Source of the DNA: Vicinamibacterales bacterium
GTDB taxonomy: Bacteria > Acidobacteriota > Vicinamibacteria > Vicinamibacterales > 2-12-FULL-66-21
NCBI GenBank assembly: GCA_038320555.1
Contig: JBBQEJ010000005.1
Span: 5,357 to 69,356, forward strand
Direction of reading: 5' to 3'
DNA: 64,000 nt
Of this stretch, positions 25,804 to 35,341 are shown in pieces. The notes beneath the pieces were generated by a model. That model did not search any database, had not been told where the DNA came from, and saw only the letters and a program-made list of their open reading frames with translations. How positions within the stretch are numbered: position 1 is the stretch's first letter; every line of letters begins with the position of its first letter. Both the position numbers and the translations under genes were made by a program.

Positions 25804-26796
25804 GCTCTTCGTACGTGCGCGGATGTCGTGCGAGACCTGCGCGAGCTCGATCATGATGCGCTCGAACTCCTTCGCGTACTCGGCGGCGGACAGAAACGTC
25901 TTGCGGATTTTCAGATCCTCGACCTCCGCTTCGAGCGTGGTCTTGCGTTGCAGGAGCCTGAGTAAGACTTCATCGGTCGGTGCGGCCCCCGGCAACGACT
26001 CATCCAGATAGGTCCGGCTCGCGTACGACCCGTCGTCGCCCGGGCTGGAAGCTTCGTTACCGATGCCGTCGCCGTTGTCATCGACGAGCGCACGCTCTGT
26101 CGAGAGCTGGCCGCGCTGCTGGTAGTACCGCCGTACGCCCGCACTGGCGGCGGCAAACGCCTCCCAGACCGAGATCCGACCATTCTTGTCGAGGTCGGCC
26201 GCGGTGTCGGCGAGCGAACGGATGAAATACTCAGGAAAGATCGTGTCGAAGCGCTGGGCCGGCGAATCGGTCGCGGTGACGACAACTCGGCGAGGCGCCG
26301 CAAGCCGTTCGAGAAACGGAAAGCTTGCGGAGGCGGCGTTGACAATGACAAGGCGGCCCGGAACGGGCCGCAGGAGCGCGGCCCATTCTGCCGACTCCAA
26401 ATCACGGCCCACGAGGTTGAACTTCGAGTCGGTACCGTCGAACGTGCCGTGACCGATCAGCACGACCAGCAGCACGTCCTCGCGCGTCATACGCGCGGCG
26501 ATCGATCCGAGGACCCGCCGCACATTGTCAGCCGTCGACGCGGACGCGGGCTGGATCGTGTCCGACAGTATGGTGACCAGCGCGGAGTCGAACTTCAGGT
26601 TGTCGACGAGCGATGTCGACAGGTCTGTAGTCCAGCGATTGTACTGCGTGACGTATTCACGGCCACCGGAGGCTCCAGATACGATGAGGGCAAAGCGCTG
26701 CTCGGCTGCTGCCACGGGAACAGGGAAGGAAACGAGCGCTGCCGCGAGACACGCGACGACCCTCACCGCAGCCCCCATCGGCGTCGCAGCAACCAC
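25801..26796 (-). CDS. Secreted hypothetical protein, caspase/legumain-fold-like but without a cysteine; EF-hand-like loop
   Basis: Signal peptide, LLVVLIGHGTF and RLVIVNAASASF strands. DLDKNGRISVWE (26161-26196) fits the 12-residue EF-hand loop. The only Cys is in the signal peptide. Confidence 0.45.
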   Translation of the reverse strand: MVAATPMGAAVRVVACLAAALVSFPVPVAAAEQRFALIVSGASGGREYVTQYNRWTTDLSTSLVDNLKFDSALVTILSDTIQPASASTADNVRRVLGSIAARMTREDVLLVVLIGHGTFDGTDSKFNLVGRDLESAEWAALLRPVPGRLVIVNAASASFPFLERLAAPRRVVVTATDSPAQRFDTIFPEYFIRSLADTAADLDKNGRISVWEAFAAASAGVRRYYQQRGQLSTERALVDDNGDGIGNEASSPGDDGSYASRTYLDESLPGAAPTDEVLLRLLQRKTTLEAEVEDLKIRKTFLSAAEYAKEFERIMIELAQVSHDIRARTKS

Positions 26797-28973
26797 TCGA
26801 CGCCGAGCAGCATCATGACGGCGGCGAAGGACCAGCCGTTGTGCCAGAGATCGTGGGTCACGGCGAGACGCGCGGCCGGCAGGCCCGTACGCAGTCGTTC
26901 GAGGATCGCCGCGCCATCACCGGGCCTCACGACTTGGCCTCCCGACGCCAGCGCGATGCGCTGAAGGACCTGGTCGTTCAGGCGTGGATCGGTCATCTCG
27001 AGATCCGCGCCTCCGACAAGCATCGCCGCAGAAGCGGAGCCCAACACCGTTGACCCGCGCCGGGCCTCGACGCTCATGCGATACACCCCCGGAGAATCCG
27101 GTCGAAAGCGCGCCACGTACCCGCCGTTGCCGTCCTGTTCGTCGCGCGCAGCCTCGGCGCGAAGAGAATCGATGTGACCATCCGGGGACGTCACGCGCAC
27201 GTCGACTGCGGCATCGGTCTGCGGGACGAATGCGCCGTTGCGAACCGCGACGCGCACCGGCAGCGTATCACCTGGTGAGGATCCCGCCGGAAGCGTGATA
27301 GCGACGGGATCCGTCGAAGCGAGCGCGAGCCACCGCACCGCCTGCCGCCAGAACGTGTCGTACGAACGATCGGACGACGGGAGGAGCATGCGCCAACGCC
27401 ACGACGCCTCACCCGTGAAGACCATCGATCGCCCCTCGCCGTAACGCTGCACGGCAACGAGCGCGGTTGCGCCGCCGCCGGCGCCGCCGGTCACGGCCAG
27501 CACGCTGGCGCCGGGACGCGGTCCCCCCAGCGGGACGGCAGAAGCCAGCGCCGGGGTCGCGTCCCACCGCCTGCGGACGTCGTCGGGACCAGCGCCGAGC
27601 TGCATCACCGGGTGAGATTCCCCTGCCGCCGTCAAGGTGACGCGGTTCACGCCGCGTGAAGACGCGGGCAGCACGGCGTCGCCGCGGTTGGACAACTGGA
27701 GCGGCAGGACTTCCTCGAGTGGTGTGCCCACGAGCCCTGGTTTGACAAACGATCGTGCACCCAGCACGAGAAGGCCGCCGCCTCGCTGTCCGACGAAGGC
27801 GCGCGTCATTTCCTGCTGCTCGCGGGTCAGCTGGCTCGATTCGACGTTGGCGAGCACGAGGGCGTCGTAGGCAAAGAGATCCTCTGCGCGCGTGGGGTAC
27901 CCGCCGCTCAACGAATCCGTCCGTGACTTCGATGCCTGGATGTAAAAAGTGTCGGCACCCTGCTCGTTCCTGCCTTTGCGCACGATCGAGTCGACGTCGA
28001 GCCCGGAATCACCGGCCCAGGCGCGTTTGAGGAAGCTGTGCTCGAATCCAGGGGCGCCCTCGACGAAGAGCACGTGGCGTACCCGTGGCGGCGGCTGGAC
28101 AAGCACACTTCGTGTGTTGTTTTCCGGGACGAGCTCGCCGGCCGTCACCGGCACGTCAACCGTATAGATCGTAGCCTGTCCGCGTGAGGGCGCGACCTGG
28201 AACACCGTCCGCACGGGGACACCGTCCGCAACCGGCGCGACCCGCCGCACCTCGATCGGCCTCCCGTTCTCCAGCAACTGCAGGGCGATCGGATCGGTCC
28301 CATGGCCATGACCGACAGCCGAAACGGCGAGATCGATCCGTGAGTCGTCGAAGATCGCCTCGGCGGCCGTCACGCTCAACACCTCGCGATCGCGGCCCAC
28401 CGTCTGCGAGCCGACTCCGATCGCATACACAGGAGGCATACGCTCTGGCAGCGGACTCGCGGTCGTGTCTCCTCCGTCGGAGAGGAGCACGATTCCGGCA
28501 ACGGGCCGGCCGCGATAACGATCTCCGACCGCGGCGATCGCGCCTGCAAGATCGCTCCGGCGGCCTGTGGCGGCGAGATCGCCGGGAGCCGTGGCTTTCA
28601 GACCGTCGCCGAAGGCGAGGACTTCGATCTGAAAATGCGGGCCAAGCACGGGCGTCAGCGTGTGGACGACGAGATCGCGCGCGCGATCGATGCGGCGTTG
28701 TCCGTTGGCGTCCTCGATGCTCATACTGCGAGACGCGTCGACGAGAACCGGCACCACCACGTCGCGCATCCCATCGTCGCTCCGTCGGATCGGACGCAGC
28801 AGGAAAAGTACGAGCAGCGCGAGAGTGGCGAAGCGCAGCGCGATCAGCGCATTCCGCCGGCGCGCCGCGACCCCAAACCCCGCGTACGCGAGCCAGGAGA
28901 CTCCCGCGATCACGACCCCGACGAGAACGAGCGCCCACGACGGAAGCGCATTCGCGAAGGTCACAGGCACCAC
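26763..28973 (-). CDS. Membrane-anchored vWA-like protein of the MoxR/BatA cluster
   Basis: N-terminal double TM, MIDAS-like VLVDASRSMS, IVLLSDGGDT, C-terminal TM (WSFAAVMMLLGVEWLL). Confidence 0.6.
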   Translation of the reverse strand: MVPVTFANALPSWALVLVGVVIAGVSWLAYAGFGVAARRRNALIALRFATLALLVLFLLRPIRRSDDGMRDVVVPVLVDASRSMSIEDANGQRRIDRARDLVVHTLTPVLGPHFQIEVLAFGDGLKATAPGDLAATGRRSDLAGAIAAVGDRYRGRPVAGIVLLSDGGDTTASPLPERMPPVYAIGVGSQTVGRDREVLSVTAAEAIFDDSRIDLAVSAVGHGHGTDPIALQLLENGRPIEVRRVAPVADGVPVRTVFQVAPSRGQATIYTVDVPVTAGELVPENNTRSVLVQPPPRVRHVLFVEGAPGFEHSFLKRAWAGDSGLDVDSIVRKGRNEQGADTFYIQASKSRTDSLSGGYPTRAEDLFAYDALVLANVESSQLTREQQEMTRAFVGQRGGGLLVLGARSFVKPGLVGTPLEEVLPLQLSNRGDAVLPASSRGVNRVTLTAAGESHPVMQLGAGPDDVRRRWDATPALASAVPLGGPRPGASVLAVTGGAGGGATALVAVQRYGEGRSMVFTGEASWRWRMLLPSSDRSYDTFWRQAVRWLALASTDPVAITLPAGSSPGDTLPVRVAVRNGAFVPQTDAAVDVRVTSPDGHIDSLRAEAARDEQDGNGGYVARFRPDSPGVYRMSVEARRGSTVLGSASAAMLVGGADLEMTDPRLNDQVLQRIALASGGQVVRPGDGAAILERLRTGLPAARLAVTHDLWHNGWSFAAVMMLLGVEWLLRRRWGLR

Positions 28974-31900
28974 TTACGGTTTCTTCTTCGCCAGTGACTC
29001 GAAGTACTTCGCAATCAACTGGCGATACGCGTCCGGCACGCGGTCGCTGCCTCCAGCGCTGAAACGATCGTCCGGACCTCTTCGTGACAGACGGTTGGAG
29101 ACCGAGGCCTCATATTTTTCGAGTTCCGTGTCGAGATTCCTGCGGAGGGATTCCCAGCCGGTTCGATCCTGCTTGAAGGCCTCGGTACCAGGCGCGGAGC
29201 GGCTGAACTGCTGCTCTTCGGGGGTGAATCCCTCCAGGCCGCTGCGCGGCTGGCCCGCGCTCAAGCGTCTTAACGCAGCCTGTGCGCGCTGCAGCTCCCG
29301 CTGATATTCATCGCGAAGCCGCTGGACGTCGCTTCCCTGTCGGCCGCTTCCCTGCCGCCCATCAGCTGTCCCGGTGTCAGTCGACCCGGGTCCCGGGCGT
29401 CCGCGAACGGGCTGTGCGCGCCGGCCTTCATCCATCGACGAGCCATTCGGGTCTGACCCGTCGCGCTCGCGCCCTTCCGCCGCCCGAAGCTGCTGTTCCG
29501 CCCGCTGCACCCGATCGCGAATGGCGCGCGCCTGGTCGAGTTGATCCGTCAACTGGCGCGCCTCGGCTGACGAGCTCGCGCCGAGCTTGTCAGCGATTTG
29601 CTCGAGCGTGCGCGCGAGCTCCTGCTCACGAGCGACGGTTCCGTTCGGCGCGGCGCCCTGATTGCGCATCTCTTTCGCGGTTTCGCGCATGCGATCCGAA
29701 ACGTGTTCGCGCTCCAGATCGCGCGCGGCGTTACCGAGAGCGGTGGCGTCCGGCCCTTTGAGGCCCTGCGACGCCTGTAGCGCCGATCGGGTCAAGTCCT
29801 GGACACGCGCGGCCAGCCGGACCTTTTCATCGGCAAGGCGCTTGCGCGCGTCCGCCCCGGACGCGCCGGTATTCCGATCGAGCCGATTCGCTTCCGCGGC
29901 GATCCGCCCCTGCTCCCGGGTGATCTGCTGCGCCTCCAGCTTGACGTCCGCACCGGCGGACGCCCCCACGTTCCCACCACGCACCTGGCGCTCGAGACGA
30001 CGCAGTTGTTCCGCGGCGCGCTGGCCGTTCTGCGCGGCGCCACGGGGGTCGTCGAGGCGCAGGTTGCTCGCGGCTGATCGCATCTGGTCCGACGCGCCGC
30101 GCAGCGCCTCCTGTTCCTGATTCGCGGACGCGCCGCCCGCGCCGGAAGGAGGCTGACCCGACCGGCCGCGCGACGATGCGTTCGGGTCTCCATGAGGTCT
30201 AAGAAGCTCCTCGGCCTGCTCCCGCAGCGCCGTCTGCTCACGCGTCAGTTTCTCGAGCTGCCGTTTCATCTCGTCGGTGGCGAGAGTCGCCTGCGCCAGC
30301 TCGGCTTGCCGGCGGCTGAGATCTTCCTGGCGGCGCGCGAGATCGCGGATGCGATCGAGCGCGCTCTCCCGGGAGTCACCACCATCGGGGCGGGTCTCCA
30401 CGGCCGCGCGCGTTTCGTAGTTGGTCCGCTGCTGGCGCTGAAGCTCTTTGTCGAACAGCGCCGACAGATCCTGCTCCGCGCGGTTCGAGCCGCCGCTGCC
30501 GGCGCCGTTCGCCTGTTGCGTCACCTGACGGCGTCGCACCTCCGCCTGAGCCTGAAGCAGTCCATTCAGGGCCGCCATTTCGTGCGTGAGCGCCTCCTTC
30601 GTCCGCTCGGTCGTCAGCTGCTGAAGGGCCTTCCCCATCGCGTCAACCGCCGTCGCGATCGGATCGCCAGTCGAGCGGCGCGGCTGGGGTGCGGCCGGGG
30701 CCTGACGCTCGGGCGCAGGCGCCCGCCCGCGCCGGGTTCGCGGCATCAGCTGTTGTTCCGCGCGCGACTTCAGCTCGGCCTGCGCTGCCGCGATCGCTTT
30801 GACATCATCGGTGGATCGACCGCCTTGTGAGCGGCGCTCCACGTTCCAGGTCGACGAGATGATCTCCTTCTGCGCCTGGATCAAACTCTCGATCTGCTGA
30901 TCCGATCCACCGCCACCCGCCTGGCTCTCGGCCGCCACGAACTCGCCATTGAACGGCTTGACTTCGAGAAAGAAAATATCGCTCGTGGCTTCGGTCGACC
31001 GTTTGCCTCGCCCGACGTCGCGGGCGCGCGCATAGTAGGTCACGACGTCGCCAGGCTTGACGCCAAGGTCCTCCGCCGGCAGGACCCTCGTGCCGATCTT
31101 CTGAACGTTTGTGCCCGTGATCCGCTCGAACGGGACGACATGCTCGGGACCTCCCGCCACCGAATACACCAGCTCGAACGTACCGATCCCATAGTCGTCG
31201 TCGGCGCGCGCTTCGATCGGGACTTCCTCGAGCGGCGTTATCTGCTGATCGGCGGACGGGCGCAGGATACGCACGTCAGGAGGACGGTCGTCCATCAGCC
31301 GGATGAAATACTCGGCGTCGCCGGCAGACTTCAGCCCTTCGCCGCCGGCGAGACGAATGCGATAGGAGTCGTTCCGGGCAAGCAGCAATTCGGCTTCAAC
31401 CGTGCGCTCTCCGGCTGCCTCCAATGAAACCGCCGGCGAACGCCCCAGCGCCAGCTCGCCACGCGCGATGGGCTTGTCGGTGTGAATTCTGAGGCGCACG
31501 CGCGTGCCCGCTGGTGCATAGATGTCGCCTCCATCCTGTTCATCGCGAGGCGCGAGACCAGCGAACGACGGATAGACGTAGTGAAGATCGATGCGTTCGA
31601 CGCGCGGTGCGGTAAGGGCCGTGACGGTATAGCGCGGCGACCGTGCCGAACCCGCGCTCACGACGTACGAGAACGTGCGATCCACCGACCCAATCGTGAA
31701 TTCGAAGGCATCACCCTTCAGCGTCATTGCCAGCGTACGAGGCTCGCCGTTCGCCGACACCGTCAGATCGGGAGTAAACCGCGTCAAGACGCCCTTCGAA
31801 CCGTGAAGCGACGCGCGAATACGGAGCGAGGAGCCCGCTGGGACGCGAACACTTCCAGGGAGCACTTCGACACTGACCGATCCCGGAAAGAAACGCAGCC

Positions 31901-32447
31901 TCGCGGTTCCGGCAGCCCGTTCGAAAAAGGGCTGGCTCGCAGCGAGCGCCATCAGAAGAAGCGCAACACCGAAGGCCGCCCACAGCGCACCTCGACGAAG
32001 TTCCGGGTTCGTCAAAATTTCTGCCGGTTGGATCGCACACAGCCTCGTGACCGCGTCGTCGAGCATGAGCGGAAGGAACGCCGCGGATCCGGCGCCTGCG
32101 GGCCGTTCGGCCGCGTCGATCGCGCTGACGAGCGAATCGTCCAGGTCGCGCCACGACAGAGCTTTCGCGCGCTCCTCGATGAACCGGGCCACCCGGCGAT
32201 CGGAGGGAGGCCCCGGCGTCAGCCACGTCGCGAGGGCCGCCACGGCCAGTGCAAGTACACCGGTCGCAGCGGCAAGAACAAGGAGCGGAATTCCCTGCAC
32301 TCGGAAGATGTACTCAACGATCGCGCCTACGACGAGCAGGATTGCCAATACCGCCGATGCGCGCGCCATGGTCCGCAGCGCGACAAGCCACGTCCAGCGC
32401 CTCCGGACGACCGCGATGAGCGAGCGCAGCTCCCTGTGTGGATCCAT
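28974..32447 (-). CDS. Large membrane-anchored coiled-coil protein (DUF4175-like)
   Basis: N-terminal TM helices, an Ig-like middle region, and a long R/Q/A/E-rich coiled-coil C-terminal half. It sits at the position typical of DUF4175 in Bat-like clusters. Confidence 0.5.
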   Translation of the reverse strand: MDPHRELRSLIAVVRRRWTWLVALRTMARASAVLAILLVVGAIVEYIFRVQGIPLLVLAAATGVLALAVAALATWLTPGPPSDRRVARFIEERAKALSWRDLDDSLVSAIDAAERPAGAGSAAFLPLMLDDAVTRLCAIQPAEILTNPELRRGALWAAFGVALLLMALAASQPFFERAAGTARLRFFPGSVSVEVLPGSVRVPAGSSLRIRASLHGSKGVLTRFTPDLTVSANGEPRTLAMTLKGDAFEFTIGSVDRTFSYVVSAGSARSPRYTVTALTAPRVERIDLHYVYPSFAGLAPRDEQDGGDIYAPAGTRVRLRIHTDKPIARGELALGRSPAVSLEAAGERTVEAELLLARNDSYRIRLAGGEGLKSAGDAEYFIRLMDDRPPDVRILRPSADQQITPLEEVPIEARADDDYGIGTFELVYSVAGGPEHVVPFERITGTNVQKIGTRVLPAEDLGVKPGDVVTYYARARDVGRGKRSTEATSDIFFLEVKPFNGEFVAAESQAGGGGSDQQIESLIQAQKEIISSTWNVERRSQGGRSTDDVKAIAAAQAELKSRAEQQLMPRTRRGRAPAPERQAPAAPQPRRSTGDPIATAVDAMGKALQQLTTERTKEALTHEMAALNGLLQAQAEVRRRQVTQQANGAGSGGSNRAEQDLSALFDKELQRQQRTNYETRAAVETRPDGGDSRESALDRIRDLARRQEDLSRRQAELAQATLATDEMKRQLEKLTREQTALREQAEELLRPHGDPNASSRGRSGQPPSGAGGASANQEQEALRGASDQMRSAASNLRLDDPRGAAQNGQRAAEQLRRLERQVRGGNVGASAGADVKLEAQQITREQGRIAAEANRLDRNTGASGADARKRLADEKVRLAARVQDLTRSALQASQGLKGPDATALGNAARDLEREHVSDRMRETAKEMRNQGAAPNGTVAREQELARTLEQIADKLGASSSAEARQLTDQLDQARAIRDRVQRAEQQLRAAEGRERDGSDPNGSSMDEGRRAQPVRGRPGPGSTDTGTADGRQGSGRQGSDVQRLRDEYQRELQRAQAALRRLSAGQPRSGLEGFTPEEQQFSRSAPGTEAFKQDRTGWESLRRNLDTELEKYEASVSNRLSRRGPDDRFSAGGSDRVPDAYRQLIAKYFESLAKKKP

Positions 32448-34279
32448 CAGGCCCTGCCCACGAAAGACTCGGCAATCAGAGTGGCCAGCATCAATAACAA
32501 TCCGTACTGCCAGTAATTCTGACCAGCCTCGATCTGTTGCGCGCGGGCGCTGGTCGCGGCGCTCACCGGGGACACTCGTTCGACCATCGCGGCAAACTCG
32601 TCAGGCCGGACAACAGCCGGCGCACTCTCACGTGTATCGACGTTCACGGCAATCGCCCGGCCATCTGCTTTTGCGCGGTACACGCCAGGCCTGGTGCTGG
32701 AACCTTCCGGCGACGCACCCACGAGATAGTCACGCCCACGGTCACGAGCGCCGGAGACGTATCGCACGGCCTCCAGGGCAAACGGCACGAACACCGGGTG
32801 CAGCGGAAAATCGTTCCAGCGCCGATCGAAGTCCGACGCGAACAGCACAACCCGCCCCTGCCCCTCGCGTCGCTCGAGGAGTGCCGGGCTGCCATCCGTA
32901 AAACGCGCCGCGACGTCCCATCCGTCGGCGTTCAAACGCCACGCCCGATCGAAATGCACCTGGCCCAGGTTCGCAGCAAGCGAGCCGAACGGACGGAAGA
33001 TGGGGTGTCGCAGATCCGTGGCGGACAGCGCGACCGCTGCCGCGATCTCCGTTCCTGCCATGGCCGGGTGCCAGTTGAACATCGTTGACACGACCACCGG
33101 CTCCACGTCGGGGGAACCCGCAATCAACAAGCCGCCGCCAGAACGGGTAAACGCCGCGAGCGAGTCCCAGGCGCGACGCTCGAGGCCGCGCGTCGAGAGC
33201 AGCACAACCGCCGAGTACTTCCCAAGTTCCTCCCGGCCGATGGACGTCGATGCGACGCTGCGAGCGTCGATGCGAAGGTCGTCGCGATCCGCAGTCGCTG
33301 CAAGCGCCCGGGCCACGAAGAAGCCGGAATCGGCGGCCCCGGATGTGACGAGCAGCGCAGCCTGATGCGCCACCGGATCCAGCACGGCAAATCGCGTGTT
33401 GTCAGCGACGAATCCTTCCGCATCGTCTACCGACACCGCGATGGATCCGTTCTCAGGTACGCGATACGGAATCTGGACGTCGGTGGTCGAATCCGGCGGC
33501 GCTGCATAGGGGGACAAGGCAACCGCACGTCCGTCGCGCTCGACGCGAACCTGACCGCTCCGCGGTTCGCGGCCGGCATTGTGGATCGACGCCACAACTC
33601 GATCACTGGCGGTGCGGAGTCCAGCAATGGAGAGGTTGTCTGGGAGGGCGCCCACGTCCCTGACATCAAGGGCGAGGCCGGCGGGTAGAACCGCCCGGTG
33701 CTCACCCTCCCACCCCGCGCGCTGAAGATCGGTGACAACGATCAGGCGTCCGGAGTCGCCGCCGGCGATCTCGGCCGCCTTCGCGAAAACCGCCTCGTAA
33801 CGCGTCGCTCCGAATCCCGGCTCGAGTCCCACGAGGGCCGTTCGCGCAGCGGAGGCCGGCCCGGGCGACGCGATCGCGTCCGCGCGGTCGTCGAAGGCGA
33901 CGATGGCCACCCGTGCGCCGGGCGCTGCTTCATCGACGGCGCGTCTGGCGAGCTCGAGCGCGTGCGCAAAGCGACCCGGCGCCCCCATGCTGAAGGATCG
34001 ATCGATGGCGACGATGCGAACCGTTGACGAGCCGGACGCGCCGGCGATGTACGGACGCGCAAACGCCGTGGCAAGGAGCAGCAGCGCAGCGACGCGCGCC
34101 GCCAGCAGCAGCAGATCCCGCAGCGCCCGTCTTCGGGACCGCGCGACAGGCGAACGCCGCAGCAGCCGCACGGCGCTGAACGGCACTTCGGGCGCAACGT
34201 CGCGCCGCAAAAAGTGCAGCACGATCGGAATCGCCACCGTCAGTGCTCCGAGCAGAAATGCCGGATAGAGAAAACTCAT
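32447..34279 (-). CDS. BatA-N-terminal-domain / vWA-like membrane protein
   Basis: MSFLYPAFLLGALTVAIPIVLHFLRR (aerotolerance-regulator N-terminal motif) and MIDAS-like VAIDRSFSMG. Confidence 0.7.
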   Translation of the reverse strand: MSFLYPAFLLGALTVAIPIVLHFLRRDVAPEVPFSAVRLLRRSPVARSRRRALRDLLLLAARVAALLLLATAFARPYIAGASGSSTVRIVAIDRSFSMGAPGRFAHALELARRAVDEAAPGARVAIVAFDDRADAIASPGPASAARTALVGLEPGFGATRYEAVFAKAAEIAGGDSGRLIVVTDLQRAGWEGEHRAVLPAGLALDVRDVGALPDNLSIAGLRTASDRVVASIHNAGREPRSGQVRVERDGRAVALSPYAAPPDSTTDVQIPYRVPENGSIAVSVDDAEGFVADNTRFAVLDPVAHQAALLVTSGAADSGFFVARALAATADRDDLRIDARSVASTSIGREELGKYSAVVLLSTRGLERRAWDSLAAFTRSGGGLLIAGSPDVEPVVVSTMFNWHPAMAGTEIAAAVALSATDLRHPIFRPFGSLAANLGQVHFDRAWRLNADGWDVAARFTDGSPALLERREGQGRVVLFASDFDRRWNDFPLHPVFVPFALEAVRYVSGARDRGRDYLVGASPEGSSTRPGVYRAKADGRAIAVNVDTRESAPAVVRPDEFAAMVERVSPVSAATSARAQQIEAGQNYWQYGLLLMLATLIAESFVGRA

Positions 34280-34282
34280 GCG

Positions 34283-34427
34283 CCTCAAAACTCACACTTC
34301 AGCGCTCAAACAGGAGTTACCGGAGGAACTGGAGTCCTCATGTGTGTGTCTTTTGTCTTCTCAACTAAGGACGACGTCTTTTGAAGAATTTCTCCCGTTC
34401 CCGTCGTTCCTCCTGTTCGAAGGCGGA
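34283..34427. repeat. Low-GC word-repeat spacer inside the MoxR cluster
   Basis: ctcaaaa ctcacac ... ctcaaac; tgtcttt tgtcttc; ctcccgttcccgtcgttcctcctgttcgaagg. It is the only long gap in an otherwise overlapping gene chain. Confidence 0.65.
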
Positions 34428-35339
34428 TCATTTCCGTCGGGCTCTGGCTGCGAGATATGCGAGCAGGGCGAAGTCGAGGGGCTGCGACGTATCAAGCTGG
34501 ACGTAGTCGATTCCAGAGCCCCGAAGCTCGCGGTCATAGTGGAGCGTCAGGCCGGCGAGCTCGCGCAGGTACGCCGTGCGCACGGACTCGGGATCCGCGG
34601 TCACCTCGTCCGCGCTTTCCAGGTCTTTGAAACGCGAGGCCCCGCGAAACGGGAACGTCAACTCGTTCGGATCCAGCACTTGAAACACCACCACGTCCGT
34701 GCCTCGGAATTTCAGATGGCGGAGTCCCTTGATGACCGGGGCTGGATCGTCGAGCAGATCGGAAATGAGCACCACAAGGCTGCGCTTGAGGAGCGCCTCG
34801 GCCAGCTGGTGGAGAGGACGGCCGACGTCCGAGCGTGTGCCCGGCTGCAACCGCTCGAGCGCAAGGAGCAGCGCGTGCAGATGGCCGGAACGCGACCCCG
34901 CCGGCAGGCGGAACACGATCCGCTCGTCGAATGCGATGAGGCCGGTCGCGTCGCGCTGGCGATTCATCAGGAACGCGAGCGACGCGGCGAGCACCGATCC
35001 GTACTCCAGCTTGCTCATCGGCGCCGCGCCCCGGTACGCCATCGAGGCGCTCACATCCAGCAGCACGTGGCATTCGAGGTTGGTTTCCTCTTCGAACTTC
35101 TTGACGTAATGCCGATCGCTTCTCGCATACACCTTCCAGTCGAGCGTTGACAGATCGTCGCCAGGCAGGTACTGCCGGTACTCCGCAAACTCGACGCTGA
35201 ATCCTTTATACGGACTGCGGTGAAGGCCCGAGAGAAACCCTTCGACGACCGTGCGCGCCTTCAACTCCATCGTGCCCAGGCGCGCGATGACGGCGGGGTC
35301 CAGGAACCGCAAATCGCGAGACGTCGAGGGAGGCGGCAT
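34428..35339 (-). CDS. DUF58 domain protein (vWA-like, MoxR partner)
   Basis: GLHRSPYKGFSVEFAEYRQYLPGDDLSTLDWKVYARSD. Confidence 0.85.
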   Translation of the reverse strand: MPPPSTSRDLRFLDPAVIARLGTMELKARTVVEGFLSGLHRSPYKGFSVEFAEYRQYLPGDDLSTLDWKVYARSDRHYVKKFEEETNLECHVLLDVSASMAYRGAAPMSKLEYGSVLAASLAFLMNRQRDATGLIAFDERIVFRLPAGSRSGHLHALLLALERLQPGTRSDVGRPLHQLAEALLKRSLVVLISDLLDDPAPVIKGLRHLKFRGTDVVVFQVLDPNELTFPFRGASRFKDLESADEVTADPESVRTAYLRELAGLTLHYDRELRGSGIDYVQLDTSQPLDFALLAYLAARARRK

Positions 35340-35341
35340 GG

